A stretch of 63,996 bases of DNA, the filler included, from Dimargaris cristalligena (Eukaryota), in the NCBI GenBank assembly GCA_003614675.1. It is 4 parts of 4 records of this genome, joined end to end, with 100 filler letters (N's around TTAATTAATTAA, not from the genome) between each part and the next. Parts side by side here need not be neighbours in the genome. Positions count along the whole stretch, not along the records: positions 49,673 to 63,996 come from ML002954.1; 3 more parts are not named here. One strand, 5' to 3'. The translations under genes were made by a program, and so were the position numbers. The notes under the pieces were generated by a model. That model was not told the DNA's origin. It saw nothing but the letters and a program-made list of their open reading frames with translations, and ran no database searches. Shown here in pieces: positions 63,817 through 63,996 of the stretch. The number at the start of each line of letters is the position of its first letter. Position 1 is the stretch's first letter.

Positions 63817-63996
63817 AGCGAGAGTCCGGGGTATAGAAGATGGGGAGCGCCTGGAGGACGCGTAGATTGGCAAAGCACCAACCGGCTGGTGTATATAGCA
63901 TAGCAGCCGGCTAAGTAGGTAGGGATGTGGTGTGTTCTGTGGTTCCAAAAGCAGCTGTTGAACCAAGTCGCTTGTTCAGTGGTGCAAGCACTTCGA

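Noticed and set aside
60405-63996. Short ORFs upstream of the PH-domain gene, and an ATATCCTTT U12-like donor at ~62192
   Set aside because: No homology, no matching U12 branch/AC acceptor and no credible exon. Treated as non-coding.
1-63996. CRISPR array, rRNA, telomeric repeats or prokaryotic insert
   Set aside because: None seen. The dispersed repeats are MITEs and microsatellites, and all genes look fungal.

Overview
Eukaryotic (fungal) genomic DNA with GT-AG introns and CTRAC-type branch points. The window is a concatenation of four unrelated contigs (1-16467, 16568-33030, 33131-49572, 49673-end) joined by artificial 100-bp N44-TTAATTAATTAA-N44 linkers, so gene neighbourhoods across linkers mean nothing. 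Gene style, a Mucorales-type LINE remnant and lineage-specific secreted/GPCR genes suggest an early-diverging fungus, possibly Zoopagomycota such as the mycoparasite Dimargaris (inference only). Fourteen protein-coding genes could be spliced by hand. Contig 1: questin-oxidase-like protein, Git3/cAR-like GPCR, divergent ABCB (HMT1/ATM1-like) half transporter, UNC-93-like MFS. Contig 2: signal-peptide + F-box protein, AFI1/MesA, BSD2, PRP4. Contig 3: SPA2, PTC5, MDV1/CAF4, Myb + Sfp1-type zinc-finger factor (truncated). Contig 4: RGD1 (truncated), EMC10, PH-domain/PY-motif protein. The most notable signals are (i) a secreted F-box protein resembling a host-ubiquitination effector, (ii) a 136-bp MITE family with ~30-bp TIRs and 4-bp AWWT target-site duplications, with copies in all four contigs, and (iii) two ~1-kb CpG-free tracts over transposon remnants, implying repeat-targeted CpG methylation and deamination.
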